Shown here piece after piece: positions 1 to 9,865 of a stretch of 64,000 bases of DNA (position 1 is the stretch's first letter; each line of letters begins with the position of its first letter). A model generated the notes under the pieces. That model had not been told where the DNA came from, did not search any database, and worked only from the letters and a program-made list of their open reading frames with translations. The translations under genes were made by a program, and so were the position numbers. Source of the DNA: Fibrobacteria bacterium (GTDB lineage Bacteria > Fibrobacterota > Chitinivibrionia > Chitinivibrionales > FEN-1185); contig JBBIGR010000001.1 in NCBI GenBank assembly GCA_037447435.1, positions 64,001 through 128,000 of the forward strand, given 5' to 3'.

Positions 1-119
1 TCTACGCGGAGGCCTAGATAATTTCTATGTAGTTACCTATCCGGATATTCCAGATTAAAATGATTCCTTCGATTTTACCAGATATTTTGCAAGGAACTAT
101 GAACTTAATCGCATGAACG

Positions 120-171
120 TTTCGACAAGCTCAAGGAAAAATCTTCGAAACGCACCATGAACTTGTCGAAA
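120..171. repeat. REP-like inverted repeat downstream of hpf
   Basis: TTTCGACAAGCTCA (120-133) pairs with TGAACTTGTCGAAA (158-171), 13/14 match, 24-nt spacer. Confidence 0.6.
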
Positions 172-208
172 GATACAATCATCTTATTTACTTATGCATC
201 AACAAAGC

Positions 209-529
209 TTATTCTTCCGGTTCTATTTCTATTTTCTTTGCTTTATGGTCCTTGACTTTCTCACTGATTTTCTTGAGCTGGCGTTCGACTTTTGAAATAA
301 CTTCGTCGATTACTTTGCCCATATTTTCCGCTTTAGCGGTGGCCGCAACGGTATGGCCGGCGCAATTAACGACCACTTCCATAATTTCCTGTCCGCGTTC
401 GTGGTCCAATATGACGTGGCAAGAAGTGATTTTGTCGTAAAATTTTTCAAGTTTGTTAATTTCGTCGGTAATGGTTTCCTGCAAACTCGTTGTTGCCTTT
501 TCGTGGCGTGATGTGATTTGAATATCCAT
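209..529 (-). CDS. hpf: Ribosome hibernation promoting factor (HPF/RaiA, short form)
   Basis: MDIQITSRH...KLEKFYDKITSCHVIL...IDEVISKVERQLKK; 106 aa; downstream of rpoN; AGGAGG RBS. Confidence 0.9.
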   Translation of the reverse strand: MDIQITSRHEKATTSLQETITDEINKLEKFYDKITSCHVILDHERGQEIMEVVVNCAGHTVAATAKAENMGKVIDEVISKVERQLKKISEKVKDHKAKKIEIEPEE

Positions 530-564
530 AATGCAAACCTCCTTGGTTGTCTGTTACTGTTTAA

Positions 565-1455
565 TTATACCTTTGTTATCATGCGCTCTGCCATATAAGA
601 ACTTCTCACAAACGGCCCTGCCGCAACATCGGAAAAGCCCAAATCCAACGCATGATTTTTATATTCGTCAAACTGCCCCGGTGTAATGAATTCGATGACC
701 GGAGTCTGATGTTTTGACGGCTGCAAATATTGTCCGATGGTCAATAAGGTGCATCCATGGGCCAACAGGTCGCTCATTGTTGCAAAAATCTCTTCACGGG
801 TTTCACCCAGACCTACCATAAGGCCGGATTTGACCCTTAAATCTACCCTGAATCGCGATGCATACGCAAGGATTTCAAGCGATTGGCCGTAAGATGCCTG
901 GGGACGAACGGATTGATATAATCGCGGTATTGTTTCAATATTATGGTTAAATACATGTGGACCGGCAAATAAAACCGATTCTAATGCATTAGTATTGCCG
1001 CGAAAATCGGGTACTAACACCTCGATGGTCACCTGGGGGAGCCTCTTCCGTATCAGCGATATTATTTCCGCAAAATGCGAAGCGCCGCCATCGGGAATAT
1101 CGTCCCGGGTCACCGACGTAATCACCGCATGGGATAATTTCATTTTTTCAATGGCATCGCAAACTCTGGCCGGCTCGCTTGGGTCGAGCGGGGAAGGAAT
1201 ACCGTGTTGAACCCCGCAAAAACTGCAAGACCGGCTGCAAATCGAACCCATAACAAGGAACGTCGCAGTGCCGCGAGAAAAACATTCACCCATGTTTGGA
1301 CATTTTGCCTCACGACAAACGGTATGAAGCGAAGCATCGGTGAGCACCGCTTCCACCGATTCCGCTTTGCCGACTTGGGATAAGGGCCTTTTTAGCCATT
1401 GCGGAAATCGCTGCGTGCGCTGGCTGCGAGGCTCCAAAGGTATCGTGTCAGTCAT
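565..1455 (-). CDS. lipA: Lipoyl synthase
   Basis: TVCREAKCPNMGEC (Cx4Cx5C), radical SAM CSRSCSFC, ITSVTRDD, NHNIET, VRSSY. Confidence 0.96.
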   Translation of the reverse strand: MTDTIPLEPRSQRTQRFPQWLKRPLSQVGKAESVEAVLTDASLHTVCREAKCPNMGECFSRGTATFLVMGSICSRSCSFCGVQHGIPSPLDPSEPARVCDAIEKMKLSHAVITSVTRDDIPDGGASHFAEIISLIRKRLPQVTIEVLVPDFRGNTNALESVLFAGPHVFNHNIETIPRLYQSVRPQASYGQSLEILAYASRFRVDLRVKSGLMVGLGETREEIFATMSDLLAHGCTLLTIGQYLQPSKHQTPVIEFITPGQFDEYKNHALDLGFSDVAAGPFVRSSYMAERMITKV

Positions 1456-2887
1456 ATTTCTGCCTCATGCGTGCCGGTAACAGGCGTTGTTGTTCCCGAT
1501 ATTTGGCAACCGTACGCCGGGCAACCGTAAATCCCTCTCTCGATAAAATATCAGACAGTTTTTGGTCGGAAAGGGGTTTTTTGGGATTTTCATTCTCAAT
1601 AAGCTCGCCGATCCGGTTGCGGATTTTTTCTGCGGACACGTCGCCGCCGTCATTGTCCTGGCCCATCGATTCGGTGAAAAAATATTTCAATTCGTAAATT
1701 CCATGCGGCGTCTGCACGTATTTATTGCTTGTCACACGGGAAACGGTTGAAATATGCATGCTCACCATGGTCGCGATGTCCTGGAGCTTGAGCGGATTGA
1801 GGTTCGGCGGCCCTTTTTCAAAAAAATCCTTTTGACGATCGATAATCGCGTACATGACTTTGAGCATGGTTGTCCGGCGTTGCTCTATCGAACGGACCAG
1901 CCAGGAGGCGCCGTTGAGCTTTTCGCGGATATAATTCTTTACATCCTTTTTCGCCGGTCCGCCGCGCTTGATAAGCTGTAAATACGATTTGTTTATATGC
2001 AACGACGGCATGGACTTGTCGTTAAGCATGACCACGAATTCATTGTCCACTTTTTCGACAATAAGGTCGGGAACTATTGTTGAAGGCCGTTCGCCGGTTA
2101 TGAGATAACCCGGTTTGGGATGCAACCGTTTTATATCGTCTATGGCGGCCTGGACATCTTTTATGTCAACACCCAGGTTCCTCGAAATTTCGGGGAGTTT
2201 CAGTTTCTCGAACAATTCCCACGTTTCGGATACGATACGCATGGCAAGCGAATGTTCTTTGCGCTTGGCGATAAGCTGTAACGAAAGGCATTGCTGCAAC
2301 GTTTGAGCGCCGATGCCGGCCGGTTCGAGTGATTGCACGACACTCAATGCATCTTCAACTTCGGGGATGCTGATGCCCAGGAAATCGGCAATTGCCGAAA
2401 CATTAAGCCGCAAATATCCGTCGGGGTCCAAACTCCCGATGAGAAACGGTACCAGCAGTTTTTGCTTTTCGGTTAATGTTTTTCCGGAAAGCTGATTCTG
2501 CAAATGTTCGTCCAACGAAATCTGTTGTATGGAAACGGGTTCGTAATATTCCTTATTGTGATCCGTTTCCTCGCTCATGCGGTCGCCGATATCAAAACCC
2601 TCTTCAAGGTATTTTTCCCAATCGACGTCCTCTTCATTGACCTTGAGCTCATCGATTTCATCGGCAGACGATTCCGTATCATCAACAGTCTCGTTTTCAT
2701 TATTTTCAGGCTCTTCCTGCTCAAGCTCCATGTCTTCGGACGCCTCGAGCACCGGATTCATCTCAAGTTCGGTTTTTAATAATTGTTCAAGTTGCAGGGT
2801 ATTAACCTGTAGCAGCTTGAGCGATTGTATCATTTGAAACGACAGCTTTTGCTGAAGTTTCATGGACATGTCTAAACCAAGATTCAC
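1448..2887 (-). CDS. rpoN: RNA polymerase sigma-54 factor
   Basis: Q/L-rich region I, HISTVSRV helix, RpoN box ARRTVAKYRE; start moved to GTG 2887 (AGGA RBS; ORF track starts 2920). Confidence 0.96.
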   Translation of the reverse strand: MNLGLDMSMKLQQKLSFQMIQSLKLLQVNTLQLEQLLKTELEMNPVLEASEDMELEQEEPENNENETVDDTESSADEIDELKVNEEDVDWEKYLEEGFDIGDRMSEETDHNKEYYEPVSIQQISLDEHLQNQLSGKTLTEKQKLLVPFLIGSLDPDGYLRLNVSAIADFLGISIPEVEDALSVVQSLEPAGIGAQTLQQCLSLQLIAKRKEHSLAMRIVSETWELFEKLKLPEISRNLGVDIKDVQAAIDDIKRLHPKPGYLITGERPSTIVPDLIVEKVDNEFVVMLNDKSMPSLHINKSYLQLIKRGGPAKKDVKNYIREKLNGASWLVRSIEQRRTTMLKVMYAIIDRQKDFFEKGPPNLNPLKLQDIATMVSMHISTVSRVTSNKYVQTPHGIYELKYFFTESMGQDNDGGDVSAEKIRNRIGELIENENPKKPLSDQKLSDILSREGFTVARRTVAKYREQQRLLPARMRQKYD

Positions 2888-2915
2888 AAAAAAATTCCTG
2901 TTATATGCGTGACCA

Positions 2916-2931
2916 ATCAAATTTCATGCCA
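2916..2931 (-). promoter_or_regulatory. Sigma54-like -24/-12 site upstream of rpoN
   Basis: Minus strand TGGCATGAAATTTGAT: GG-N10-GA spacing, -12 element TTGA instead of TTGC. Confidence 0.45.
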
Positions 2932-3020
2932 TTTGAATTCCGCTATTAATATACCATAACGGGCGGAAAAAAAAATATTGAAATTTTGAATCAATGGAAA
3001 TATTCCGACTAATCCCTCGG

Positions 3021-3821
3021 CTAGTCCAATTTAAATTTTTGCCCTAAATAAATCCTTCGGGCTTCCGGATTGTCGGCAAGTTCGCGCGACGTGCCGGAAA
3101 TGAGGATTTTTCCTTCGGAAATGATATACGCGCGATCGGTGATACGCAGCGTTTCGCGAACATTATGGTCGGTAATCAAAATGCCGTAATTCTTCATTCG
3201 AAGATCGTGGACAATGCTTTGAATATCTTCAACGGCAATAGGGTCTATACCGGCAAACGGTTCGTCGAGCAGGATAAAATCGGGCTTATTTGCCAATGCG
3301 CGCGCGATTTCGACGCGGCGCCTTTCTCCTCCGGAAAGCATATATCCGAGGCTTTTTTCAAGATGCGTGACATGCAATTCCTCAAGTAATTGATGCATCC
3401 GCTCTTTGCGCTGTTTATAGCCTATGGGTTGTGATTCCAAAATGGCCATGATATTGTCGGCAACCGAAAGTTTCCGGAAAATGGAAGGTTCCTGAGACAA
3501 ATACCCTATGCCCATTTTTGCGCGTTTGTACATAGGCTTTTTTGAGATTTCATTATTATCAAGAAATATTTTCCCCTTTGTGGCCCGGATCATTCCGACG
3601 ATCATGTAAAACGTGGTCGTCTTACCCGCACCGTTGGGCCCCAATAAACCCACCACCTCACCCTGATTTACCGAGATCGAGACGCCGTCGACAACCCGGC
3701 GCTTCGAATATATCTTTACAAGTTGTTCGGTCCTGATTTCCCTGGATACCCTGGGTGCTGCAGGAACGGTATCAACGGCAGGCACGGGCGATTGCGATAC
3801 TGTTGTTTCGTTGGATGTCAC
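3021..3821 (-). CDS. lptB: LPS export ABC transporter ATP-binding protein
   Basis: [52 protein letters not shown]. Confidence 0.96.
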   Translation of the reverse strand: MTSNETTVSQSPVPAVDTVPAAPRVSREIRTEQLVKIYSKRRVVDGVSISVNQGEVVGLLGPNGAGKTTTFYMIVGMIRATKGKIFLDNNEISKKPMYKRAKMGIGYLSQEPSIFRKLSVADNIMAILESQPIGYKQRKERMHQLLEELHVTHLEKSLGYMLSGGERRRVEIARALANKPDFILLDEPFAGIDPIAVEDIQSIVHDLRMKNYGILITDHNVRETLRITDRAYIISEGKILISGTSRELADNPEARRIYLGQKFKLD

Positions 3822-5029
3822 TTTTTTTGTTCCTTTGTTTTGTCTGCGGACTTTTTCTGCACAAGAGAATCGGCCGGAACTTTCTCTATAATGTCCCCGG
3901 TTTGATTTGCATTACTTTTGTTTTCCATCGGAAGCGGAGCATAGTAGCCGCGCACACTTCCCGACAACCGGACATTGGCGGCTTTCCCGTTGGCAAATGA
4001 AACACGGATGCTGTCGCCGCTGGCAGTATTCATACCCCTGCCGTCTTTTTCTTCCACATTATACACGCTTTGGGCATTTCCCCAAACTCTCACTTTGTCT
4101 ACCTGATTTTTCCTGTTGAACGATACCATCATATATTTGCCGAACGCCTCGTTCGCCTGCTTTGGCTTTTTAACCGGCGCATATTTACTTTTCACATTTC
4201 CGGTTGCATAAAGGGAATCAATTTTCCCGGAATCGGACATGAACATGGACAAGCTGTCGCCGAACAATTGGGTGAGGGTGGTATCTTGCGTACCGAAGTC
4301 GCGGTACAACCCGTGGGAATTGCCGCGTACTTTGACTTTTTGCAATTTATTCTTTGTAAAAAGCAAATCGACCGAATCGCCGAACAGAGAATCGGTTTCG
4401 AACGCGATTTGCGGCACGGTCCTCAGATGCGCCTTGCCGGAATCGGGAAAATATATTGCTAAATCCGAATGCGTCACCAGCTTGCCCTTTTTGATCCGTA
4501 CCGCTTTTTCCACGGTCGCCTTTTTCAATGAATCGCTATAGGTCATTTTCGTGCCGACAATGTCGACGGTATCGTGGGCCGTGCTGTCGAAATATTCAAA
4601 ATGCGGTTTACCCTCGACCACCAGAAATTTGCTGTCCATAGCGTAGGTGCCGCGATTGCCGGTGAGCCGGACATGCTCCTTTAAGTCGTTAAAAATCAGG
4701 TGACCTTCGGCAATGAGCTGCTTTTTGTTTTTATCGTAATCCATTTTATCTGACGTCATGGTCTGCTTGGTCCGGACGACCTTTACATTATCGGAAAATG
4801 AAACAATGCCCTTTGTTTTCCACCATTTTGCGTATTGCGATTGTATCGTGGCGTCGTCGTAGAGAAACTGGACATTGCCGTTAAGCATGGAAACGACTTC
4901 GCCGTCTTTACTCATCGTATTGATGTTCGAATCGGCCGATTTTAAAATCAAATCCGCCGACTTGGCGAAAACGCTCATGCTCGGTTGGATGGCGAGGAAG
5001 GAAATTACGCATAACGCCATTTTATTCAT
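3818..5029 (-). CDS. lptA: LptA/OstA-like beta-jellyroll periplasmic protein (long form)
   Basis: Signal peptide, repeated GNV/GNA beta-strand motifs, lies between lptC-like gene and lptB. Confidence 0.7.
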   Translation of the reverse strand: MNKMALCVISFLAIQPSMSVFAKSADLILKSADSNINTMSKDGEVVSMLNGNVQFLYDDATIQSQYAKWWKTKGIVSFSDNVKVVRTKQTMTSDKMDYDKNKKQLIAEGHLIFNDLKEHVRLTGNRGTYAMDSKFLVVEGKPHFEYFDSTAHDTVDIVGTKMTYSDSLKKATVEKAVRIKKGKLVTHSDLAIYFPDSGKAHLRTVPQIAFETDSLFGDSVDLLFTKNKLQKVKVRGNSHGLYRDFGTQDTTLTQLFGDSLSMFMSDSGKIDSLYATGNVKSKYAPVKKPKQANEAFGKYMMVSFNRKNQVDKVRVWGNAQSVYNVEEKDGRGMNTASGDSIRVSFANGKAANVRLSGSVRGYYAPLPMENKSNANQTGDIIEKVPADSLVQKKSADKTKEQKK

Positions 5030-5032
5030 GAA

Positions 5033-5608
5033 TTAAAATTCCTCGCCTTTTTCCACACGATCCTTAAAATTCGGGAAACGCCCGCTCACGTCGTGCAGGA
5101 ATTTCCACCAGGAGAAATCTTCGGCGGCTTCCATTCCTTTTCCCTGGAGAATATCCCCGTTTTTGGTCTTGAGCTGCACATAGTCGTTCGAGGTCACCAG
5201 GTGTTTGTTCAAATCCCATACCAGCCGGTTCGACGTCACGCGAATTCCGTTCTGTGCCTTGACATAGACGTTTCCCCAAACGCAAAAACCTTTCATGGGG
5301 CCGTCGGTGGTCCCCGAATCGGAAAGGACTTTCGTCGCTTCTTTCCCTAAGGAATCAAATACGGTAAGCCTGACCGGACTGGCGATTATATGCCCGGTAT
5401 CGGCAAGGATTTTTTTCATGTGCTTTGACTCGAGCCTCCATTGCACTTTGGATCCGTTGTAATAGTACATTGCGGTCGAATCGAGTTCCTGATACGGTTG
5501 CGTAATGATTGCGTCCGAAACGGGCACCGTTTCTTTGGGCTTTGAGCAACCGATTATGAGAGTAGTCGCAAGAACGGCTGCGAGTATAATGCCGGGGTTT
5601 TTTCTCAT
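5033..5608 (-). CDS. lptC: LPS export protein LptC (lipoprotein)
   Basis: Lipobox LIIGC; VWGNVYV, LVWD, ILQGKGMEA motifs; synteny. Confidence 0.8.
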   Translation of the reverse strand: MRKNPGIILAAVLATTLIIGCSKPKETVPVSDAIITQPYQELDSTAMYYYNGSKVQWRLESKHMKKILADTGHIIASPVRLTVFDSLGKEATKVLSDSGTTDGPMKGFCVWGNVYVKAQNGIRVTSNRLVWDLNKHLVTSNDYVQLKTKNGDILQGKGMEAAEDFSWWKFLHDVSGRFPNFKDRVEKGEEF

Positions 5609-5609
5609 T

Positions 5610-6563
5610 TTATTTTTTCATAGTCTCTATGTTCGGGATTTTTTCATAACCGGCGTCGGACGGCTGATGCCGCCAACGCCGATGCATCCATACCCATTGA
5701 TCCGGATACGTTACAATCGTATCTCCGATTGCCGCGTTTATTGTTTCGATGTTTAGAACCAGATCTGATTCCAAGGTTCCGTTATTTACAATCGGTATTT
5801 TTTTTACGAATATTTTATGCGTATCGTTCTTTTGTCGTGCCGTTGTTACGACAAACACCGGCAATTTCGTCCGCATCGCAAGCTTCACCGTTCCGCTGGG
5901 CGTATACGCCAAATGTCCCAAAAAATGTGCGAAAACGCCATCGACGGCCGTATCTTGATCTATAAGAACACCGAACAGCCGGCCTTCGGCCAAAAGCTTT
6001 AAAAACCTGCGGAGATTTTCGGACCGGTGAAGGTACTCGATGTTCTCACCGCTTCGCTGCTGACGGACAAGCGCATCGATACGCTTGTCGTACAACTCCC
6101 GGCCGATGGCAAAGCAGGCGAATCCAAGGGACGCAAAATAATGCAAAAGCATTTCAAAGCATCCGGTATGGGCAACAACGGTCAAGACCCCCTGCTTTCG
6201 GTTATATGCCTCCCACAGCTCGGAAAGGTCGTCGCATTGTACGATTTTGTCTACGTCGCATTTGGACGCCCGGGAAAGATACAACGCGTCAAAAAGGTTT
6301 TTCCCAAGCCCTTTGTAAACATCGGAAGCCAGCGCATGTATTTGTTTGGGCGAAAGCTTTTCGCCGAACACGCGCGTTAAATGTTGCCTCGTCCATTCGC
6401 TTTCCTTCAGAGGCAACGCGTAGATGACTTTGCCCAAAGTCCCGAACAAAAACAGGCCGAGCTTTCTGGGAATCACGCGCCAAACCAGGTAAATGCAAAA
6501 AACCACGGCATAAATGCCGTCGTTTTTTATTTTTTTAAGTCCCGGTTTAATAATACTTCCCAT
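5610..6563 (-). CDS. Lipid A late acyltransferase (LpxL/HtrB family)
   Basis: AHTGCFE (Hx4E), LIDQD, PDQWVWMHRRW. Confidence 0.88.
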   Translation of the reverse strand: MGSIIKPGLKKIKNDGIYAVVFCIYLVWRVIPRKLGLFLFGTLGKVIYALPLKESEWTRQHLTRVFGEKLSPKQIHALASDVYKGLGKNLFDALYLSRASKCDVDKIVQCDDLSELWEAYNRKQGVLTVVAHTGCFEMLLHYFASLGFACFAIGRELYDKRIDALVRQQRSGENIEYLHRSENLRRFLKLLAEGRLFGVLIDQDTAVDGVFAHFLGHLAYTPSGTVKLAMRTKLPVFVVTTARQKNDTHKIFVKKIPIVNNGTLESDLVLNIETINAAIGDTIVTYPDQWVWMHRRWRHQPSDAGYEKIPNIETMKK

Positions 6564-6568
6564 TCGAT

Positions 6569-9500
6569 TTATGCATGAACGACCGATACCGAAACCTCTG
6601 CCTTCATGTCGTCGATTTCAATTGTCTCCAAAGATGCATTCCCCTCAGGTGAAAAAGACAATCCCGTCGCAAGCGTTTCGCTGCATACGTATTCTTTATG
6701 ATTTGCCAAGGCATCACGAAGTTTTGGCGGACAATTGCATGCGATGATCACGCGATCGGTCACATTGAAATTGCTGGTTTTCCTGATCGTTTGGACGCGA
6801 TTGACAAATTCACGGGCAAAACATTCTTCCAAAAGCGAAACGGAGATTTCCGTGTTGAGCGCCACCGTGATTCCATTCTGGGTTTCGACTTCGACGCCGC
6901 TGCGTTTAGTGCGACGGATCTCAATGTCGTCTATAGACAACTGCGTACCGAGCACCTCGCGTTTTTCACCCTGTTCCAGCGCGGTAATATCGTTGGCCGT
7001 AAATGCTTCAATGATTTTAGCGGCCTCCTTCATTTTTGGACCGAACGCCTTACCGAGTTTTTTGAAATTGGCCTTTGCCGACAACATGACGACGGAATTT
7101 TCGTTGTCGCTGAATATGACCGTTTTGACGTTCAGTTCTTCTTTGATGAGCGTTTCCATTTCGCCAAGCAGGCTTCTGAGCGCCGCATCGCGGATAACCA
7201 CGGTCATATCGGCCAAAGGCTGGCGGATTTTAAGATTATATCTGCTCCGCAAAGCCCGTCCCATAGACACTATGGAACGTATCAGATGCATTTTGTTGTC
7301 GAGCGCCTCGTCGAACAGCGAATCGTCGCTTTTAGGGAAATCAGCGCAATGGACACTCGCCGGCGCAGCCGGATCCCTTTTTGCGACAAGGTTCCGGTAA
7401 ATCGCTTCTGTAAGAAACGGCAAAAACGGTGCCATGACTTTTGAGAAATCGACAAGAACGACGTACAAGGTGTTGTATGCGTCGTTCTTGTCTGTGTCGT
7501 TTTCACTTTTCCAAAACCTGCGGCGTGAACGGCGAATATACCAGTTTGTCAGGTTGTCGATGAATTCGACCAGCAAAGGAACGACCTTATACAGGTTGTA
7601 CTCTTCCATTTCCTTATTCACGGAGCCGATCAGATTATTCAGTTCCGACACAATCCAGCGATCGAGTTCGTTGCCGCTTTTTGCTGCGGTGCCCGCCTTC
7701 GGCGGCTGCCAGCCGTCGACATTCGCATACGTCACAAAAAACGTATACGCATTGAAAAACGGTAAAAGAACCGCACGGGACATTTCCTGCACGCCGCTCT
7801 CGGAAAACCGCAGATCCTCCGCCTTGACAGCAGGTGAATTTATAAGAAACAGCCGAAGCGCGTCGGCGCCGAGTTTATTCAGCACTTCCTGCGGCGGCGC
7901 GTAGTTTTTGAGCCGCTTTGAAAGCTTTTTTCCTTCTTCGGACAAAATGATGCCGTTGACAATGACGTTTTTAAACGCCGATTTATCGAAAAGAGCGGAC
8001 GATAAAACCGTGAGCGTGTAAAACCACCCGCGGGTCTGGTCCAATCCTTCGGCAATGAAATCGGCAGGGAAATTGGCATCAAATGTTTTGGCATTCTCAA
8101 AAGGATAATGATTTTGCGCATAGGGCATTGAACCCGATTCGAACCAGCAATCCAAAACTTCGGGAGTCCGTTTCATCGACTTGTTGCATTTCGGGCATTT
8201 CAATTCCAATTTGTCTATGACATGGCGGTGCAAATCGTTTGCCGGAATTTCGGCAAAGCTCCCCGCTTCAATCGCCGCTTTTGCCGGGTCTTTTTCAAGG
8301 GATTTCCTTTTTTGACCCACGATATTTTTCACCGATGCTATGGCCTGGTCATGCAACATTGCGCCTTTGTTCGCATCGCCGCTGCCGCACATTGCATGGA
8401 ACGTCGCAAGGTCGCCGACGCATTCGGTATGACCGCATTCACATTGCCATATCGGAATAGGCGTCCCCCAATACCGGTTGCGTGAAATATTCCAATCGGG
8501 CGCGCTTTCTATGCCTTTGCCGAAACGGCCGTTTTGCAAATGTGAAGGAACCCAGTGAATTCCCCGATTGTTTTCGAGCATGTTCTTTTTCAAGGGTTCG
8601 ATTTTCATGAACCATGTCGTAATCGCTTTGTAAATGAGCGGCGAATCGCAGCGATAGCAATGGGGATAGCGATGTTCCATGGTGCTGCGGTGAAAAAGCC
8701 TTCCCATTGTTTTGATACGCTTGATGATGTCGCTGTCCGCCTCAAAGACGAGTTTTCCCTGATAGTCGGGAACCTCGGCCGTGAACTTGGCTTCGTCGTC
8801 GATGGGGCATACGACCGGCAAACCGAGTTTTTTCCCGACCGTAAAGTCGTCTTCGCCGAATGCGGGTGCGATATGGACAATACCGGTACCGTCTTCGGTC
8901 GAAACGAAATCGGCGCAGGTTATTGAGAAAAACTTGTCGGAGACTTTGGCAAAATAGTCGAACATCGGAACATATCGCAGTCCGGCGAGGTCTTTGCCCG
9001 ACATTTCCTCCAGAACGGAATAGGATGTCGCATCTTTATAATAGGCGGCAATCCGGTCTTTTGCAATGATGTAGGTCTGGTCTTTGTCCTGTATCTTTAC
9101 ATAACGGATGTCGGCGCCGACGGCGCAAGCCACGTTCGACGGCAAGGTCCACGGCGTGGTGGTCCAGACCAGGAGCCTGACCGACGGGTCGTTGACAAGG
9201 GGAAAGCTCACCGTCACCGACGGGCTTTGAACGTCCTTGTATCCTTCATTCATTTCGAAATTCGAAAGCGGCGTTGCACAGCGGGGGCAATACGGCTGAA
9301 CGCGGAACCCCTGATAAATGAGCCCCTTTTTCCACATCTGTGAAAAAACCCACCAGATGCTTTCCATAAAGGGAGCATCCATGGTGCGGTATTGATTGTC
9401 GAAATCGACCCATCGGCCCATGCGCTGCACCACGGTTTTCCATTCGGACGTATACCGTAAAACTATCGACCGGCAAATTTCGTTAAATAGCTCGATTCCC

Positions 9501-9844
9501 CAAACATCTTCGATGGCATGTTTACTGATGCCGTGTTCCTTTTCGACTTCATTCTCCACAGGCAGGCCATGGCAATCCCAGCCGAAACGGCGCTCGACAT
9601 AGCGGCCGCGCATGGTCCAATACCGGGGAACTATGTCCTTGATCGTACCGGCAAGCAAATGGCCGTAATGCGGCAATCCGGTCGCAAACGGCGGGCCGTC
9701 AAAGAACACGAAGGAGTCGTTTTCTTTGCGATTATCGATACTTTTATGGAAAGACTTTTCGGTGTTCCAAAACGAAAGAATTTCTTCCTCGATACTCGGA
9801 AGGCTCGTGCGTGCGTTTACCGGATCAAAAACCTGTTTCGTCAT
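6569..9844 (-). CDS. ileS: Isoleucine--tRNA ligase, type 2
   Basis: DGPPFATGLPHYGH, GWDCHGLP, WTTTPWTLP, EGLDQTRGWF, KLSKR; C-terminus REFVNRVQTIRK of type 2. Confidence 0.97.
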   Translation of the reverse strand: MTKQVFDPVNARTSLPSIEEEILSFWNTEKSFHKSIDNRKENDSFVFFDGPPFATGLPHYGHLLAGTIKDIVPRYWTMRGRYVERRFGWDCHGLPVENEVEKEHGISKHAIEDVWGIELFNEICRSIVLRYTSEWKTVVQRMGRWVDFDNQYRTMDAPFMESIWWVFSQMWKKGLIYQGFRVQPYCPRCATPLSNFEMNEGYKDVQSPSVTVSFPLVNDPSVRLLVWTTTPWTLPSNVACAVGADIRYVKIQDKDQTYIIAKDRIAAYYKDATSYSVLEEMSGKDLAGLRYVPMFDYFAKVSDKFFSITCADFVSTEDGTGIVHIAPAFGEDDFTVGKKLGLPVVCPIDDEAKFTAEVPDYQGKLVFEADSDIIKRIKTMGRLFHRSTMEHRYPHCYRCDSPLIYKAITTWFMKIEPLKKNMLENNRGIHWVPSHLQNGRFGKGIESAPDWNISRNRYWGTPIPIWQCECGHTECVGDLATFHAMCGSGDANKGAMLHDQAIASVKNIVGQKRKSLEKDPAKAAIEAGSFAEIPANDLHRHVIDKLELKCPKCNKSMKRTPEVLDCWFESGSMPYAQNHYPFENAKTFDANFPADFIAEGLDQTRGWFYTLTVLSSALFDKSAFKNVIVNGIILSEEGKKLSKRLKNYAPPQEVLNKLGADALRLFLINSPAVKAEDLRFSESGVQEMSRAVLLPFFNAYTFFVTYANVDGWQPPKAGTAAKSGNELDRWIVSELNNLIGSVNKEMEEYNLYKVVPLLVEFIDNLTNWYIRRSRRRFWKSENDTDKNDAYNTLYVVLVDFSKVMAPFLPFLTEAIYRNLVAKRDPAAPASVHCADFPKSDDSLFDEALDNKMHLIRSIVSMGRALRSRYNLKIRQPLADMTVVIRDAALRSLLGEMETLIKEELNVKTVIFSDNENSVVMLSAKANFKKLGKAFGPKMKEAAKIIEAFTANDITALEQGEKREVLGTQLSIDDIEIRRTKRSGVEVETQNGITVALNTEISVSLLEECFAREFVNRVQTIRKTSNFNVTDRVIIACNCPPKLRDALANHKEYVCSETLATGLSFSPEGNASLETIEIDDMKAEVSVSVVHA

Positions 9845-9865
9845 TATGCTGGTCCCTTTTATCTT

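Noticed and set aside
2..58. Open frame LRGGLDNFYVVTYPDIPD* at the window start
   Set aside because: Could be the 3' end of an upstream gene but is too short to support.
6698..7904. Long plus-strand ORFs (248, 221, 156 aa) opposite ileS
   Set aside because: Antisense shadows of a conserved gene, no recognisable motifs.
8237..8385. Intein in ileS
   Set aside because: Far too short and lacks the terminal HN-[CST] junction.
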